A stretch of 64,000 nt of DNA from an uncultured Candidatus Binatia bacterium (GTDB lineage Bacteria; Desulfobacterota; Binatia; Bin18): assembly GCA_965200965.1 (NCBI GenBank), contig OZ241744.1, forward strand, positions 736,001-800,000, given 5' to 3'. Shown here piece by piece: positions 11,101 through 20,017 of this stretch. The position numbers and the translations under genes were made by a program. The notes below the pieces were generated by a model. The model saw nothing but the letters and a program-made list of their open reading frames with translations. It ran no database searches and was not told where the DNA came from. Each line of letters starts with the position of its first letter. The stretch's first letter is position 1.

Positions 11101-12982
11101 CCTGACGGTCCCGGGACGGAACCTTCTGCACTTGCCGGTGCTGGTGTTGGTCCTGAGCACAGCAACACGAGGAATGAAGGCTACCCTTCGGGTCAAGAGC
11201 GCCGCACTTGCCGCACAAGTCAAAGATTTCTTTTTCTTCCTGCCACTCCTCTTCTGCGGCTATGTCTTCATCATCATCCGCGGGCAGGGCAGGGGCAGAT
11301 TTCTCAAGGAGCAGGTAGAACTCAACGTCCTCACGGTTTTCCTCAGAAATTGTCGGAGGATGCCGCAGAACACTTGCAGAAGGGCTTCTCAAATCTGGGG
11401 ATGGGCTTGTCTTCCCAACGAGATACAGGGCACCGCACCGTCGGCAGGATGCCGCTTCAAAAACCCGCCATGCTTCGCCTGCTTGTTCAACGGTTTCTTG
11501 CCGATCTAAAAAAAGGCGAGGCTCGGGCGTCAGGCTCACATAACCCCCTTCCAGGGCTCGCACAAACAGGTGGTAACGGGCTGGAAGAAGCGGGAGGTCC
11601 CCTTTCTGGGCCTTGGCCTGCACCGCAAGGTCAACCAGAGCGACAGCGCTTTCCTGGGCATTGTCGCCCAGAATGTCAGCGGCAATACGGCTGAGAAGAC
11701 AGGGCTTGTCAGTCAGCCTTTCGCGCAGCGTATGGAGGTCCTCATCTCCTCTAAGGACTCGGTAAAGGAAAGCCTGGACTGCTCCCTGCCCGAGTACTTG
11801 CCGGCTCTCATTTTCTGCGTTTTGAAGGATATCCCTTGGGACACCTAAGCGTTTTCCACTTTCCACCATCTTCTTGATTTGAGAGGCAGGAGCCGAGCGG
11901 GCTTTTACTATATGCTGCCAGTCGGTGTAGAGACCAGAATTAGGTTTCCCCCAGCGTAGTCCAAGGTCTTCCACGGGAATCCTGGCTGCTTCAACCACGT
12001 CTTGACATTCAGCGGTGGTTTCTCGCCACTCAAAGCGTTCGCCGAAAAGCTGTGTAGCAAAGCGGGTCACAGCGGGGAAGTCTTCCCGTCCTCCCCCGAG
12101 GGTCGCGCTGGTTGCAATAGCCTGGAGACGGTGCTTCTTGCCTCGCTTGACACGGTCTTTGAGGCGACGGAGGAGCATTGCCATCTCGATACCGACAGCC
12201 CCGTTGTATGTATGCGCCTCGTCCAGGATGAGAAAGCGCCACTCTCCCGCATAGGAACCGTCAAAAAAGTTGCAGTCTTCGGGGCGGAGGAGGAGGTATT
12301 CCAGCATCGCGTAATTTGTCAAAAGCAGGTGGGGAGGTGTCGCCCGCATCTCTTCACGCGACAGCAATTCGTTTGGGATAGGCTCTGTGGCATAGTGGTG
12401 CCGGAAATGCTTTTCTGCTTCTGGCTGGCTTGTTTTCGTCTCCCCCGTGTAGCGGCCAAAGGTGATGTCAGCATAGTTCTGAAGAAGGACGCGGAGCCGC
12501 TTCAGTTGATCGTTGGCCAGGGCGTTCATGGGGTAGAGAAGCAACGCTCGGACACCCGGAGTGAGCTGGCCCGTCTGTTCTTTTTGTCGGAGCAGATAGT
12601 TGAGGATGGGGATGAGGAAGCTCTCTGTCTTGCCGCTCCCGGTACCTGTAGCGACGACAAGGTTGCGCTGGGCGGAAGTGGCTTTTCTGATAGCCTGTTC
12701 CTGGTGAACATAGAGAGGTCGGTCAAGAGGAAGACCTTCGCTCTGGATTTCCCGAAAGCCGGCAGAGAGAACCCCTTCGTCTATCAGGTCATGCAGACTC
12801 CTTGCCTGTTGGAACGGCGGGGTAGCCTCTAAGAAAGGTCCTTTGACGAAATGGTCTTCCTCACTGAGGCGTTGCCGGAACTGATCCGCCAAAGCAGCGT
12901 CGCTGAGGGGAAACGCGGTCGTGAGGTAGTTCAGGTAGGCTTCTTTGATATGCGCTGTTGTCCGCAGTGGGTCAAGTCCCAT
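8111..12982 (-). CDS. Large SF2 DEAH-box helicase with Zn-finger inserts and C-terminal DUF1998 (YprA/DruE-like)
   Basis: LYVHQ, ATGTGSGKTE, YPMNALANDQ, LDEAH, ATSAT, STTFELGVDVG, QRAGRAGRR; several CxxC; terminal LFDNVPGGAG...CGC...SCYGCL..YRNQ..H. Confidence 0.88.
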   Translation of the reverse strand: MGLDPLRTTAHIKEAYLNYLTTAFPLSDAALADQFRQRLSEEDHFVKGPFLEATPPFQQARSLHDLIDEGVLSAGFREIQSEGLPLDRPLYVHQEQAIRKATSAQRNLVVATGTGSGKTESFLIPILNYLLRQKEQTGQLTPGVRALLLYPMNALANDQLKRLRVLLQNYADITFGRYTGETKTSQPEAEKHFRHHYATEPIPNELLSREEMRATPPHLLLTNYAMLEYLLLRPEDCNFFDGSYAGEWRFLILDEAHTYNGAVGIEMAMLLRRLKDRVKRGKKHRLQAIATSATLGGGREDFPAVTRFATQLFGERFEWRETTAECQDVVEAARIPVEDLGLRWGKPNSGLYTDWQHIVKARSAPASQIKKMVESGKRLGVPRDILQNAENESRQVLGQGAVQAFLYRVLRGDEDLHTLRERLTDKPCLLSRIAADILGDNAQESAVALVDLAVQAKAQKGDLPLLPARYHLFVRALEGGYVSLTPEPRLFLDRQETVEQAGEAWRVFEAASCRRCGALYLVGKTSPSPDLRSPSASVLRHPPTISEENREDVEFYLLLEKSAPALPADDDEDIAAEEEWQEEKEIFDLCGKCGALDPKGSLHSSCCCAQDQHQHRQVQKVPSRDRQVNHCPACGTRSPGLVLRFLTGQDAATSVLATALYQEIPSAPEPLKEEQNEEQDEWGAPPPAPSARPSDERKKLLVFSDSRQDAAFFACYLDRTYNQLLRRRLLVLTLKQHPEAVANKWRIQDLAEPTRRTAEELGIFPNRWSLQQKINEVWKWLLLELLPLDRRNSLEGLGILGFRLVRPQVWSPPPPLLKPPWELSPDEAWELYALLLSSFRLQGAVSFPDSVSVEPTDEAFAPRNREYYFRDNTSVRGKHILSWRSPAHGKKNRRLDLLTKLSRTLANGVAKEAETLAGIWRNLVDKNSAFADYFRQDNKRAEGIVYRLRHDYYEIVPNIDQTHSGVPWWRCKRCGNISLHNLREICPTYGCDGKLEACEPAAAFKDNHYRQLYLGLTPVGMTVEEHTAQLTGEAAAALQDKFTRGEVNTLSCSTTFELGVDVGELEAVLLRNVPPETANYIQRAGRAGRRADATAFSLTFCQRRSHDLTYFQEPERIISGRVRPPYFELRNEKIIRRHAHAVALGMFFQQHPNFFGDVKAFFFPSDPAGPEQFQTFLEQRPRLLQEALHWIVPAELQDTLDITGWGWVGELFDEPQGRLHLATEEVRTTVASLEDVRQELNAAKKPADHILRAIDTIRERHLLEYLANRNILPKYGFPVDVVELELLHHGEAARRLELQRDLRIAIAEYAPESEVVAGGQLWKSNGLKCLPQLAWPRYRYAICQECGRYDSVHAEAESLPSRCRACRGELDRPKIFIEPKFGFQTQPKKPKAPGESRPERTYSSRVYFAGDSQEEKTFRENKNGVLIEGSYARHGKLAVVNRAGFKICSRCGFALRASHKFSGSHQTAWGRDCTGTLTFSDLGHEFLSDILDLRIQVDTIQQEDFWLSLLYALLEGASAALSVRRQDLDGCLYPYAGRHMAPALVLFDNVPGGAGHVGRVGKHLEGVLQAARDRVDGRCGCGGGPAGPGDTSCYGCLRNYRNQFCHDQLSRGEVFRFLQNMLC

Positions 12983-13006
12983 ACATACTTTCTTTCTTCT
13001 TCACGG

Positions 13007-16000
13007 TCAGCCAGAGCTCGGCGGCCTAAAGCTCTCCTCCGCCCATTCCAAGTGTCTCCGATATGCCTGCCCGTGTGTCTGGTAGAACCGATGTCCCCAG
13101 GAGTCTATCTTCTCGGCAACAGGCTCAGGGAAACGCAAGCGTCTGTAAGCCCCAGCCCTCTGAAGCGTGGCGGTCAGGCATAAAATTCCGTCTGGAGCCA
13201 AGCGTCTGGGCCGAATTTTTACGACCTCTTTGAGAGAAACAGAGATGGCTACCTTCGCTATTCTCCGCTTAATTTTCTTCTCGCACGACCAACGCAGAAG
13301 TTTTTCCCCTCGCATTGGGACAATTCCTTCAAGTTTCAATAGTCTCTGCTCCTCATAGGCAAGCTCTCCACTGGCTGAGAGAAGACGCTGGAGGAAGCGT
13401 CTGGCTGGCTCAAGGGACTGCCATGTTGCTTTCTCGTAGAGAGCTAAGATTTCCTCTTCCGAGTTGTCCCGCTCTTTTTCATGTCTGCTCAGTAGATCGC
13501 CGCCTTTGTCAGAGAGCAGAAGCTTTTTTAAGGAGGGTTTCCAGGGCTGACCAAGAAATCCCCATCTCGCGTAGAGCCCGGCAAAAAGGCGGAGTATGCT
13601 CTCCCTGTCCGGAGCGTGATGGTCTATGAGAAACCCGGCCAAGTTCTCGGCAAAATCATGCTGCCGCTCTCCGCATTGTTGGAGTATCCGGCGGAAAAGG
13701 GTGTTACTGTCTCCCCAGCTTTCCTCTCTTATGAGTACCGCTTTGCAGAATGTTCTCGCCTGCTCTGACTGAGAGACGAAGGCTTGCACAGTCTGAAAAT
13801 CGAGATCAAGGGCTGAGAGTGCCTCCCCGCTTGTGATCTTGTCAAGCAAAGCTTCCATATGGCGTGCAGGGGAATCGAGAAGGATGCTCTCGCCTTCCCG
13901 TAGCTCAAGGTCGAAGACGCTGCCTCCATAAGGGCTTGGAGGCTCTGAGGGATCTGGGGCAAAGGGGTCACGAACAATCAGTTCCAGGCGGTACAGCCCA
14001 TGAGGGAGGAGGCTTCTTTCAATTTCAGCGTCCGATCTGTTGTCTTCAACCGTCACTTCAACAGGGTCTCTTTGTGGCTCGTCAAGATTCCACACTCGAA
14101 GGGCCCGATTCTTGACCTTTCCCTTGTCATGCCAGTTGAAAGAAAGAGTCCGTCTGTCCTCAGTGAAAATATGTTTGACCTGTATATCCTCAACCCGCCA
14201 CCTGATCTCCACCCGTAGGGAGCAAAGATGCCTTGGACTGTTCTCACCAGGAAGGGTGAGATCGAGATACAAGTCATTCCTGGAAAGACCATTGCCTCCC
14301 AAGCCACCCAGGAAGGGCAAAAGAGGGCAGCCCCCTTTTCCATTTTTCAGTTCAAAAGACTGTCTGTGATCAGCCCCGGCGAGAGACAAGCTGCAAGCAA
14401 TATCCTGGCCGAGGTCTCCTCGTACCAGGAGGGATGCTTCTTGGGCGTCTTGGAGCTCCTGCAAGGTGAGGTTGAGCGGTTGGTCAGACCAGTACAGGGA
14501 GGCGGTCTCGGCCAGCCCGCTCAAGGCCCACCGAAGGCGTGACACCGGCATTTCGAGGGGCACCTCCACGGTTGTTTCACCCGCGTCAAAGCAGAGTTTC
14601 AGGCTGACTTGATCGCTCTCGGCTGGGACATTGACCCGGTAGCAGTTGCGGTTGAACATCCCCTCCGCCGGCGGCTCAACCATGCCTTCCTTCAAGCGGG
14701 CAGACTCCACCGTGAAGGACAGGGGCTGCGAGCCGGTATTCGAGTCTGGGAGGAGTTTCTCTGCCGGGAAGTGAAACTTTACCTCGGGAAGAATGCAAAT
14801 GTGGAAAGTCCTATCCTGACCCAGGCGGCCACGAACCCGGATGATAAAACGTCCACAAGGATTGGGACCGAGCAAATCAGGCTCTTCCAGGGAAAGCCTC
14901 AGGAAACGGTCTTCAGGCTTGGAAGCCGCCAGCGCGTTTTCTAGCGGGACCTCTTTCCTTTCTGCTGGGTATGACCCGCTCATTGGTATGATGGTCAAGT
15001 GGAGGCGTGTCGGGCCTTTTGCGTCGGAGGGCAGGGGAATGAGAAGCCTGGGAGGCGTCCCCAGGTAGACCGCGAATTCTCCGCTGGATACCCGCGGCCA
15101 GGGAAAAGCGCTCTCTGATTCCAAAATCGGTGTCTCTCTCCACTCAACAGGGACCGGGAGCGAGTGGCCTTTCTCGTCTGCTAAAGAAATATATGGCGAT
15201 GGACCTTCGGCAACCCGGAAACGTTTCGCTTGAAACTCCTGAAACTCTGCCTCCTCAATAACCGGAATGGTCGTGGAAATCTCCCAGGACGAACGAAAAA
15301 CAAGCCAGAAGTCCCTCTCGGTAATGTTGTCCAGAAGTCTCCAGGATATGCCGTGGAAAATCATCCAAGGGTGATCTGAACTGACCCCGGAGAAGGTCCA
15401 CACACGAAGGCGCTTGTCCCCGCTGCACAGCGCGAATTCGTACTTTTCTCCCAGTGGACCATCGCGGAATTTGGGCAGCTCACTTGTTTCGATCATCTCC
15501 CCCTTTGGGGTTCCGGGTAGCTGAATAGATGTAAGAAGATTCCCACCCTGCCGGACTTGAAGCGTGAGTCCGCTCCCCTCGCTGAGGGAGCCGGGAGAAA
15601 CTCTTTGGGGTGGGAAAGAAAAAAGAAGACAACCAGTAGCGGGATCCAAGTCAATCTCAGGAGCACGATAACGGGGAAGGTTTGTTTGTCTGTGGGTTGA
15701 GCGGGAGACTGGGGACGCAACTTTCTCCTCCAGCCATTTCGAGAACCTTTCAACAAGCTGTCCAGGCAAGCCGAAATTTTCTCCGCCAGGCACAGAGCCC
15801 GTGGGAGCGTCCATAGCCATGTCTAAACTTCGCTGTAAAAAATCGCTCGCAATTTTTCCCCCATTTTCAAGAAAACGGCGCACCGGGATATCGGTGGCGA
15901 GCGTCTGGGCGGAATGTTTTTGCCACTCGGTGATGAGATGGGCGGAACTGCCATCGTAGTCAAGTTTTCCTTCTACCACCGGCCAGAGCAAATGCTCAAA

Positions 16001-16429
16001 GAAATCAGCGAGACAATAGTCGGGTATCCCGCCATGAATCAGGATGGGAGTAACAAAGCGCAGCCCTCCGCTGCCTTGAAAATCCGCTAACTCAAAATCC
16101 CGGAGGACTGTCTTGAAAATCTCTCCCCATTTTTGGGGCCAAATGTGCTGCGGTAGACCGACCGGCTGACACACCGCTGTCCAGTAGTCTCCTTTGTGGT
16201 AGTCCCGCCCCTTCCAGACGAGAAAACAGGCGAGGGTGCATGAGGCGTGTTCCCGGAGGAATTGGGTTGCCCAGCCCGGGCCAGATGAACGAATCAGAGC
16301 GTGGATTGCCTCCTCTATGTCATTTCCTTGCTCGTCAGACAGAGGGCGCTCTCCGATGAGCGCTACTTCTCGGAACAGCGGACTTAGCTGCCTCTCGAAT
16401 TCAAGAAGGGTACTATGGGACGGGTCCAT
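13007..16429 (-). CDS. Large hypothetical protein, partner of the DUF1998 helicase (DruH-like by size and synteny)
   Basis: 1140-aa ORF with GGAGG RBS, ending 24 bp before the helicase start; N-terminal 'GDYW...RFVTPILIHGGIPDYCLADFF'; Pro/beta-rich middle. Confidence 0.7.
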   Translation of the reverse strand: MDPSHSTLLEFERQLSPLFREVALIGERPLSDEQGNDIEEAIHALIRSSGPGWATQFLREHASCTLACFLVWKGRDYHKGDYWTAVCQPVGLPQHIWPQKWGEIFKTVLRDFELADFQGSGGLRFVTPILIHGGIPDYCLADFFEHLLWPVVEGKLDYDGSSAHLITEWQKHSAQTLATDIPVRRFLENGGKIASDFLQRSLDMAMDAPTGSVPGGENFGLPGQLVERFSKWLEEKVASPVSRSTHRQTNLPRYRAPEIDLDPATGCLLFSFPPQRVSPGSLSEGSGLTLQVRQGGNLLTSIQLPGTPKGEMIETSELPKFRDGPLGEKYEFALCSGDKRLRVWTFSGVSSDHPWMIFHGISWRLLDNITERDFWLVFRSSWEISTTIPVIEEAEFQEFQAKRFRVAEGPSPYISLADEKGHSLPVPVEWRETPILESESAFPWPRVSSGEFAVYLGTPPRLLIPLPSDAKGPTRLHLTIIPMSGSYPAERKEVPLENALAASKPEDRFLRLSLEEPDLLGPNPCGRFIIRVRGRLGQDRTFHICILPEVKFHFPAEKLLPDSNTGSQPLSFTVESARLKEGMVEPPAEGMFNRNCYRVNVPAESDQVSLKLCFDAGETTVEVPLEMPVSRLRWALSGLAETASLYWSDQPLNLTLQELQDAQEASLLVRGDLGQDIACSLSLAGADHRQSFELKNGKGGCPLLPFLGGLGGNGLSRNDLYLDLTLPGENSPRHLCSLRVEIRWRVEDIQVKHIFTEDRRTLSFNWHDKGKVKNRALRVWNLDEPQRDPVEVTVEDNRSDAEIERSLLPHGLYRLELIVRDPFAPDPSEPPSPYGGSVFDLELREGESILLDSPARHMEALLDKITSGEALSALDLDFQTVQAFVSQSEQARTFCKAVLIREESWGDSNTLFRRILQQCGERQHDFAENLAGFLIDHHAPDRESILRLFAGLYARWGFLGQPWKPSLKKLLLSDKGGDLLSRHEKERDNSEEEILALYEKATWQSLEPARRFLQRLLSASGELAYEEQRLLKLEGIVPMRGEKLLRWSCEKKIKRRIAKVAISVSLKEVVKIRPRRLAPDGILCLTATLQRAGAYRRLRFPEPVAEKIDSWGHRFYQTHGQAYRRHLEWAEESFRPPSSG

Positions 16430-16513
16430 AAGCTTCGAGCCTCCTTCGAGATGACAAATGAACGCTCAGCATAACAGGCCATGTTCGCAGGACAAGACGC
16501 CGGGGCCGGAATG

Positions 16514-16528
16514 CTCAATATCATTGAG
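16514..16528. promoter_or_regulatory. Palindrome CTCAAT-ATC-ATTGAG upstream of the defence operon (possible operator)
   Basis: Perfect 6-3-6 inverted repeat about 85 bp upstream of the ATG at 16429. Confidence 0.3.
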
Positions 16529-16632
16529 GTGTCAGGGGATGTGCCGGTGCGCTCAGGAGAGCAGGGGGTCATCGTGCATTGTCACTCTGGTGGACTTTCT
16601 GCTGGCTGTGCATCTTCGGGGGGAGAGTGAGC

Positions 16633-17364
16633 CTAGGCCAGGGCACGCCCGCCGTCTACATGGAAGCTTGAGCCTGTGCTGTAGTCCGACTCGGCAACAA
16701 AGACGACGACCGCGGCCACGTCTTCGGGGCTGCCGGCGCGTTTGAGCAGGGTTTTGTTGATTTCGCGCTGCCGCACGCTGTCGGGCGTGTCGTCCTGAAA
16801 CAGGACCGGGCCGGGAATGACCGCGTTGACCATGACCTGCGGCGCGAGTTCCATCGCCAAGCCCTGGGTGAAGGTCAGCACACAGGCTTTGGACACCGAA
16901 TAGGGGATGTAGTCGGCCCAGGGCCGCTGCCCGGCCACATCGGCAATGTTGATGATATGCCCCCAGCCCCGCTCCCGCATACGCAGGCCAATTTTATGGG
17001 CGCACAAAAAGGTCCCGGTCAGATTCACGTCCATGATCCGCTGCCAGTCTTCGATGCTGAGGGTAGCGACCGGCGTGCGGTAGAACAGGGCGGCGTTGTT
17101 GACCAGGATGTCGATGCGGCCGAAGTGGGCGGTGGCCGCGGCGATCATGGCCTCAACCTCGTCCTCTCTGGTGATGTCGGCCCGAAGCGCGATGGCCCGA
17201 TGGCCGGCGGCCCGGAGTTGGCCGACGGTGTCTTCGGCCTGGGTCTGCGAGCGGTGGTAGTGGACCACGAGATGGCAGCCCCGGGCCGCCAACGCCTGAA
17301 CGATCGCGCTGCCGACCCGTTTTGCGCCACCGGTGACCAGGGCGATTTTGCCGGAGATATTCAT
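16633..17364 (-). CDS. Pteridine reductase-like SDR (FolM/PTR1 type)
   Basis: TGGAKRVG, HYHRS, NIAD, YSVSK, LAPQVMVNAVIPG. Confidence 0.75.
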   Translation of the reverse strand: MNISGKIALVTGGAKRVGSAIVQALAARGCHLVVHYHRSQTQAEDTVGQLRAAGHRAIALRADITREDEVEAMIAAATAHFGRIDILVNNAALFYRTPVATLSIEDWQRIMDVNLTGTFLCAHKIGLRMRERGWGHIINIADVAGQRPWADYIPYSVSKACVLTFTQGLAMELAPQVMVNAVIPGPVLFQDDTPDSVRQREINKTLLKRAGSPEDVAAVVVFVAESDYSTGSSFHVDGGRALA

Positions 17365-18147
17365 TCACGCCTTCACGGGATCGTGCTGGGGTTGCAGGAC
17401 GAGTTCGACCGGGCAGCAGCCCGGCGGCAGCATCACGAGATGATAGACGGCTTTGGCCACATCCTCGGGGCTGAGCATTTTGTGGCGGGTGAGGCGTCTG
17501 TTGGCCGGGATCATCGCCGTATCGACATAGCCCGGATATATCGTTGAAACCCTGATGCCTTTTTCCCGGACTTCTTCAAGCAAGGCCTGGCTAAAGCCTC
17601 TGACCCCGAACTTGGCCGCGGCATAGGCGGCTTCACCGGCTCTTCCAGCCAGCCCGGCCTGCGAGCATATATTGATGATCGTCCCCCGCCGGCGGGCCAG
17701 CATGGCCGGCAGTGCCAGCTTCGAGACCAGCATGGTCGCCCAGAGGTTGGTCCGCAGGGTGGCCTCCCAGTCAGCCCGCTGTGCTCTGACCACCGGTGTG
17801 CGTGGCGGGCCGCCGCCGGCGTTATTGACGACAATATCGAGTTGCCCGAAACGTGCCAGCGCGGTCTCGACCAGGGCTTGGGTCTGCTCATCCTCGGTCA
17901 CATCGGTTGGCAGGGGCAAGGCGGTAACGTCGAACTGTTGGGCCAGCCTCGCCGTCTCGCCCAGCTGGCTTTCGGTCCGGGCGGCCAGCACAAGGGCCAC
18001 GCCGGCCCGCGCCAGTCGGAGCGCAATCGCTCTGCCTATTCCCCGGCCCGCGCCCGTAATCAGCGCAACCTGCCCGGAAAGATGTTGATCTCGCCCAACA
18101 TGGGCCTCGCTCATCACCGAGTGCTGTGTGTGCGCTGTCGCAGCCAT
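17365..18147 (-). CDS. Short-chain dehydrogenase/reductase
   Basis: TGAGRGIG, NNAG, YAAAK, PGYVDT. Confidence 0.88.
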   Translation of the reverse strand: MAATAHTQHSVMSEAHVGRDQHLSGQVALITGAGRGIGRAIALRLARAGVALVLAARTESQLGETARLAQQFDVTALPLPTDVTEDEQTQALVETALARFGQLDIVVNNAGGGPPRTPVVRAQRADWEATLRTNLWATMLVSKLALPAMLARRRGTIINICSQAGLAGRAGEAAYAAAKFGVRGFSQALLEEVREKGIRVSTIYPGYVDTAMIPANRRLTRHKMLSPEDVAKAVYHLVMLPPGCCPVELVLQPQHDPVKA

Positions 18148-18211
18148 TTTCTTGCTTTTAGCATGGGGGGACGCTAGTATCCAAGCCGCGCTTGGCGCAG
18201 AAGGAGGAGCT

Positions 18212-18991
18212 ATGGCCTACGAATATGTTCTGTATGAAAAAAAGGATCATATTGCGACGATCACCCTGAACCGCCCGGCAGTCATGAATGCGGTCCATCC
18301 GCCGACCACCGCCGAGCTGTCGGGGATTTGGGATGACGCCATTGCCGATGACGATGTGTGGGTGGTTCTGCTGACCGGGGCCGGAGAGCGGGCGTTCTCG
18401 GCCGGCAATGATCTGAAACACACCGCCTCCAAGGGAATGCCGACCGGGCCGCGGCCAACAGGCGGGTTTGGCGGTCTGACCGACCGCACCGATATTGACA
18501 AGCCGCTGATTGCCGCGGTCAACGGCTTTGCCCTCGGCGGCGGCTTTGAGATGGCGCTGGCCTGTGACATCATCATTGCCGCCGACCACGCCCGGCTGGG
18601 GCTGCCCGAGCCGCGGGTGGGGCTGGCCGCGGCCGCGGGCGGCGTTCATCGCCTGCCGCGGCAGATTCCGCTCAAGATAGCCATGGGTTATCTGCTGACC
18701 GGGAAACACATGACCGCTCAGGAGGCCCACGCGCTGGGCATTGTGAATGAGGTCGTGCCGCTCAAAGACCTGATGCCCACCGCCCACCGTTGGGCCGGCG
18801 AAATCCTCGAATGCGCCCCCCTGTCGGTCCGGGCGACCAAACAGTGCGCCATGCAGGGCCTCGGCCGACCGCTCGCTCAAGCCCTGGACGACTCCTATCC
18901 AGCCCTCAAGCAGATGTTCTCCTCGGAAGATGTCAAAGAGGGGCCGCGGGCCTTTGCCGAGAAGCGCAAGCCCAACTGGCAGGCAAGATAG
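18212..18991 (+). CDS. Enoyl-CoA hydratase/isomerase (crotonase family)
   Basis: AFSAGNDL, AAVNGFALGGGFE, LPEPRVG, EGPRAFAEKRKPNW; AGGAGG RBS. Confidence 0.92.
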   Translation: MAYEYVLYEKKDHIATITLNRPAVMNAVHPPTTAELSGIWDDAIADDDVWVVLLTGAGERAFSAGNDLKHTASKGMPTGPRPTGGFGGLTDRTDIDKPLIAAVNGFALGGGFEMALACDIIIAADHARLGLPEPRVGLAAAAGGVHRLPRQIPLKIAMGYLLTGKHMTAQEAHALGIVNEVVPLKDLMPTAHRWAGEILECAPLSVRATKQCAMQGLGRPLAQALDDSYPALKQMFSSEDVKEGPRAFAEKRKPNWQAR

Positions 18992-19056
18992 GCGGCTGCC
19001 AGCCGGGTGGGAGAGGCCCCCCATCCCGATGATGGGCAGGGGAGGAGGCGCTGAGA

Positions 19057-19488
19057 TTGGCTGATGAAAACCGCTCCCGCCGGACCTGCCGCCACAGCGT
19101 CCGCGTCCGCTATGCCGAAACCGATCAGGCCGGCATGGCCCACCATTCGGCGTTCCTGCCCTGGTTTGAAGAGGGTCGGGTAGAGTTGCTGCGCAGCCTC
19201 GGCAAGCCCTACCAGCAGTTTGAGGCCGAGGGCATTCATTTCCCGGTGCGCGAAGCCTGCTGTCGCTACTGGCTGCCGGCCCGTTTTGACCAGGTGCTGA
19301 CGGTCAGCACCCGGGTGGAGCAGCTCAGGGGGGCGAGCGTCCGCTTTGGCTACTGCATCACGCGTGAGGCCGACCAAGCCCTGATCGCCGAGGGCCATAC
19401 CCTGCACGCCTGTGTAGATGACTCCGGCCGGGTGGCCCGTTTGCCGCTGGCGGTCCGCCGGCTGCTCTCGTCTCAGGGCATGCCCTGA
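19057..19488 (+). CDS. Acyl-CoA thioesterase (YbgC/FadM hotdog family)
   Basis: VRVRYAETDQAGMAHH...WFEEGR. Confidence 0.85.
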   Translation: MADENRSRRTCRHSVRVRYAETDQAGMAHHSAFLPWFEEGRVELLRSLGKPYQQFEAEGIHFPVREACCRYWLPARFDQVLTVSTRVEQLRGASVRFGYCITREADQALIAEGHTLHACVDDSGRVARLPLAVRRLLSSQGMP

Positions 19489-20003
19489 CGGCGCTGTTCA
19501 AGGTAGCGCCTGCGCAGCCGTTTCAAAAAGGCGTGGGTGCGCGGCCAGCAGTAGTCCGGGTAGGTATAATCAAAGGGCTGAAACGCGCCGTGGTGGTAGC
19601 GGAGGGCGACCTCGGCGTAGATGCCGTGCGCCAGATAAATGCGGTGGGCCTGGTCTTTGGTTGAGGCCAGGACGAGCCTGGTGGAGTCAAGATAGCCCGG
19701 GTCGAGGTTCAGCCGGCGTGCCCCCTTCGGCGGACGGGTGAAGGACTGCTCAAGGCGATTGGTGTGGCACTTGATGGCGGCCAGCGCGGCCGGCGAGACC
19801 AGCCGCTCACAACTCAGAAAGCGACGCAGCAGCCCCGCGCCCATCTCCCGTTCGTAGTAGCGGCTCATGTCCCAGCGGAACACCTCGCTCCTGAAGTCAA
19901 CCGGGCCGTAGTCAGGCTCAAGCGCGCTCTCAGCCGCTGCGAACAGGGCTGGCTCCGCGGTCAGCAGGCCGACAAAGAGCTTGGCCGGGGCGGGTGAAGA
20001 CAT
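19473..20003 (-). CDS. DUF4416 family protein
   Basis: YYEREMG, NLDPGYL, LASTKDQAHRIYL..GIYAEV, TYPDY. Confidence 0.75.
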   Translation of the reverse strand: MSSPAPAKLFVGLLTAEPALFAAAESALEPDYGPVDFRSEVFRWDMSRYYEREMGAGLLRRFLSCERLVSPAALAAIKCHTNRLEQSFTRPPKGARRLNLDPGYLDSTRLVLASTKDQAHRIYLAHGIYAEVALRYHHGAFQPFDYTYPDYCWPRTHAFLKRLRRRYLEQRRQGMP

Positions 20004-20017
20004 GGCCGCGCAGACAT

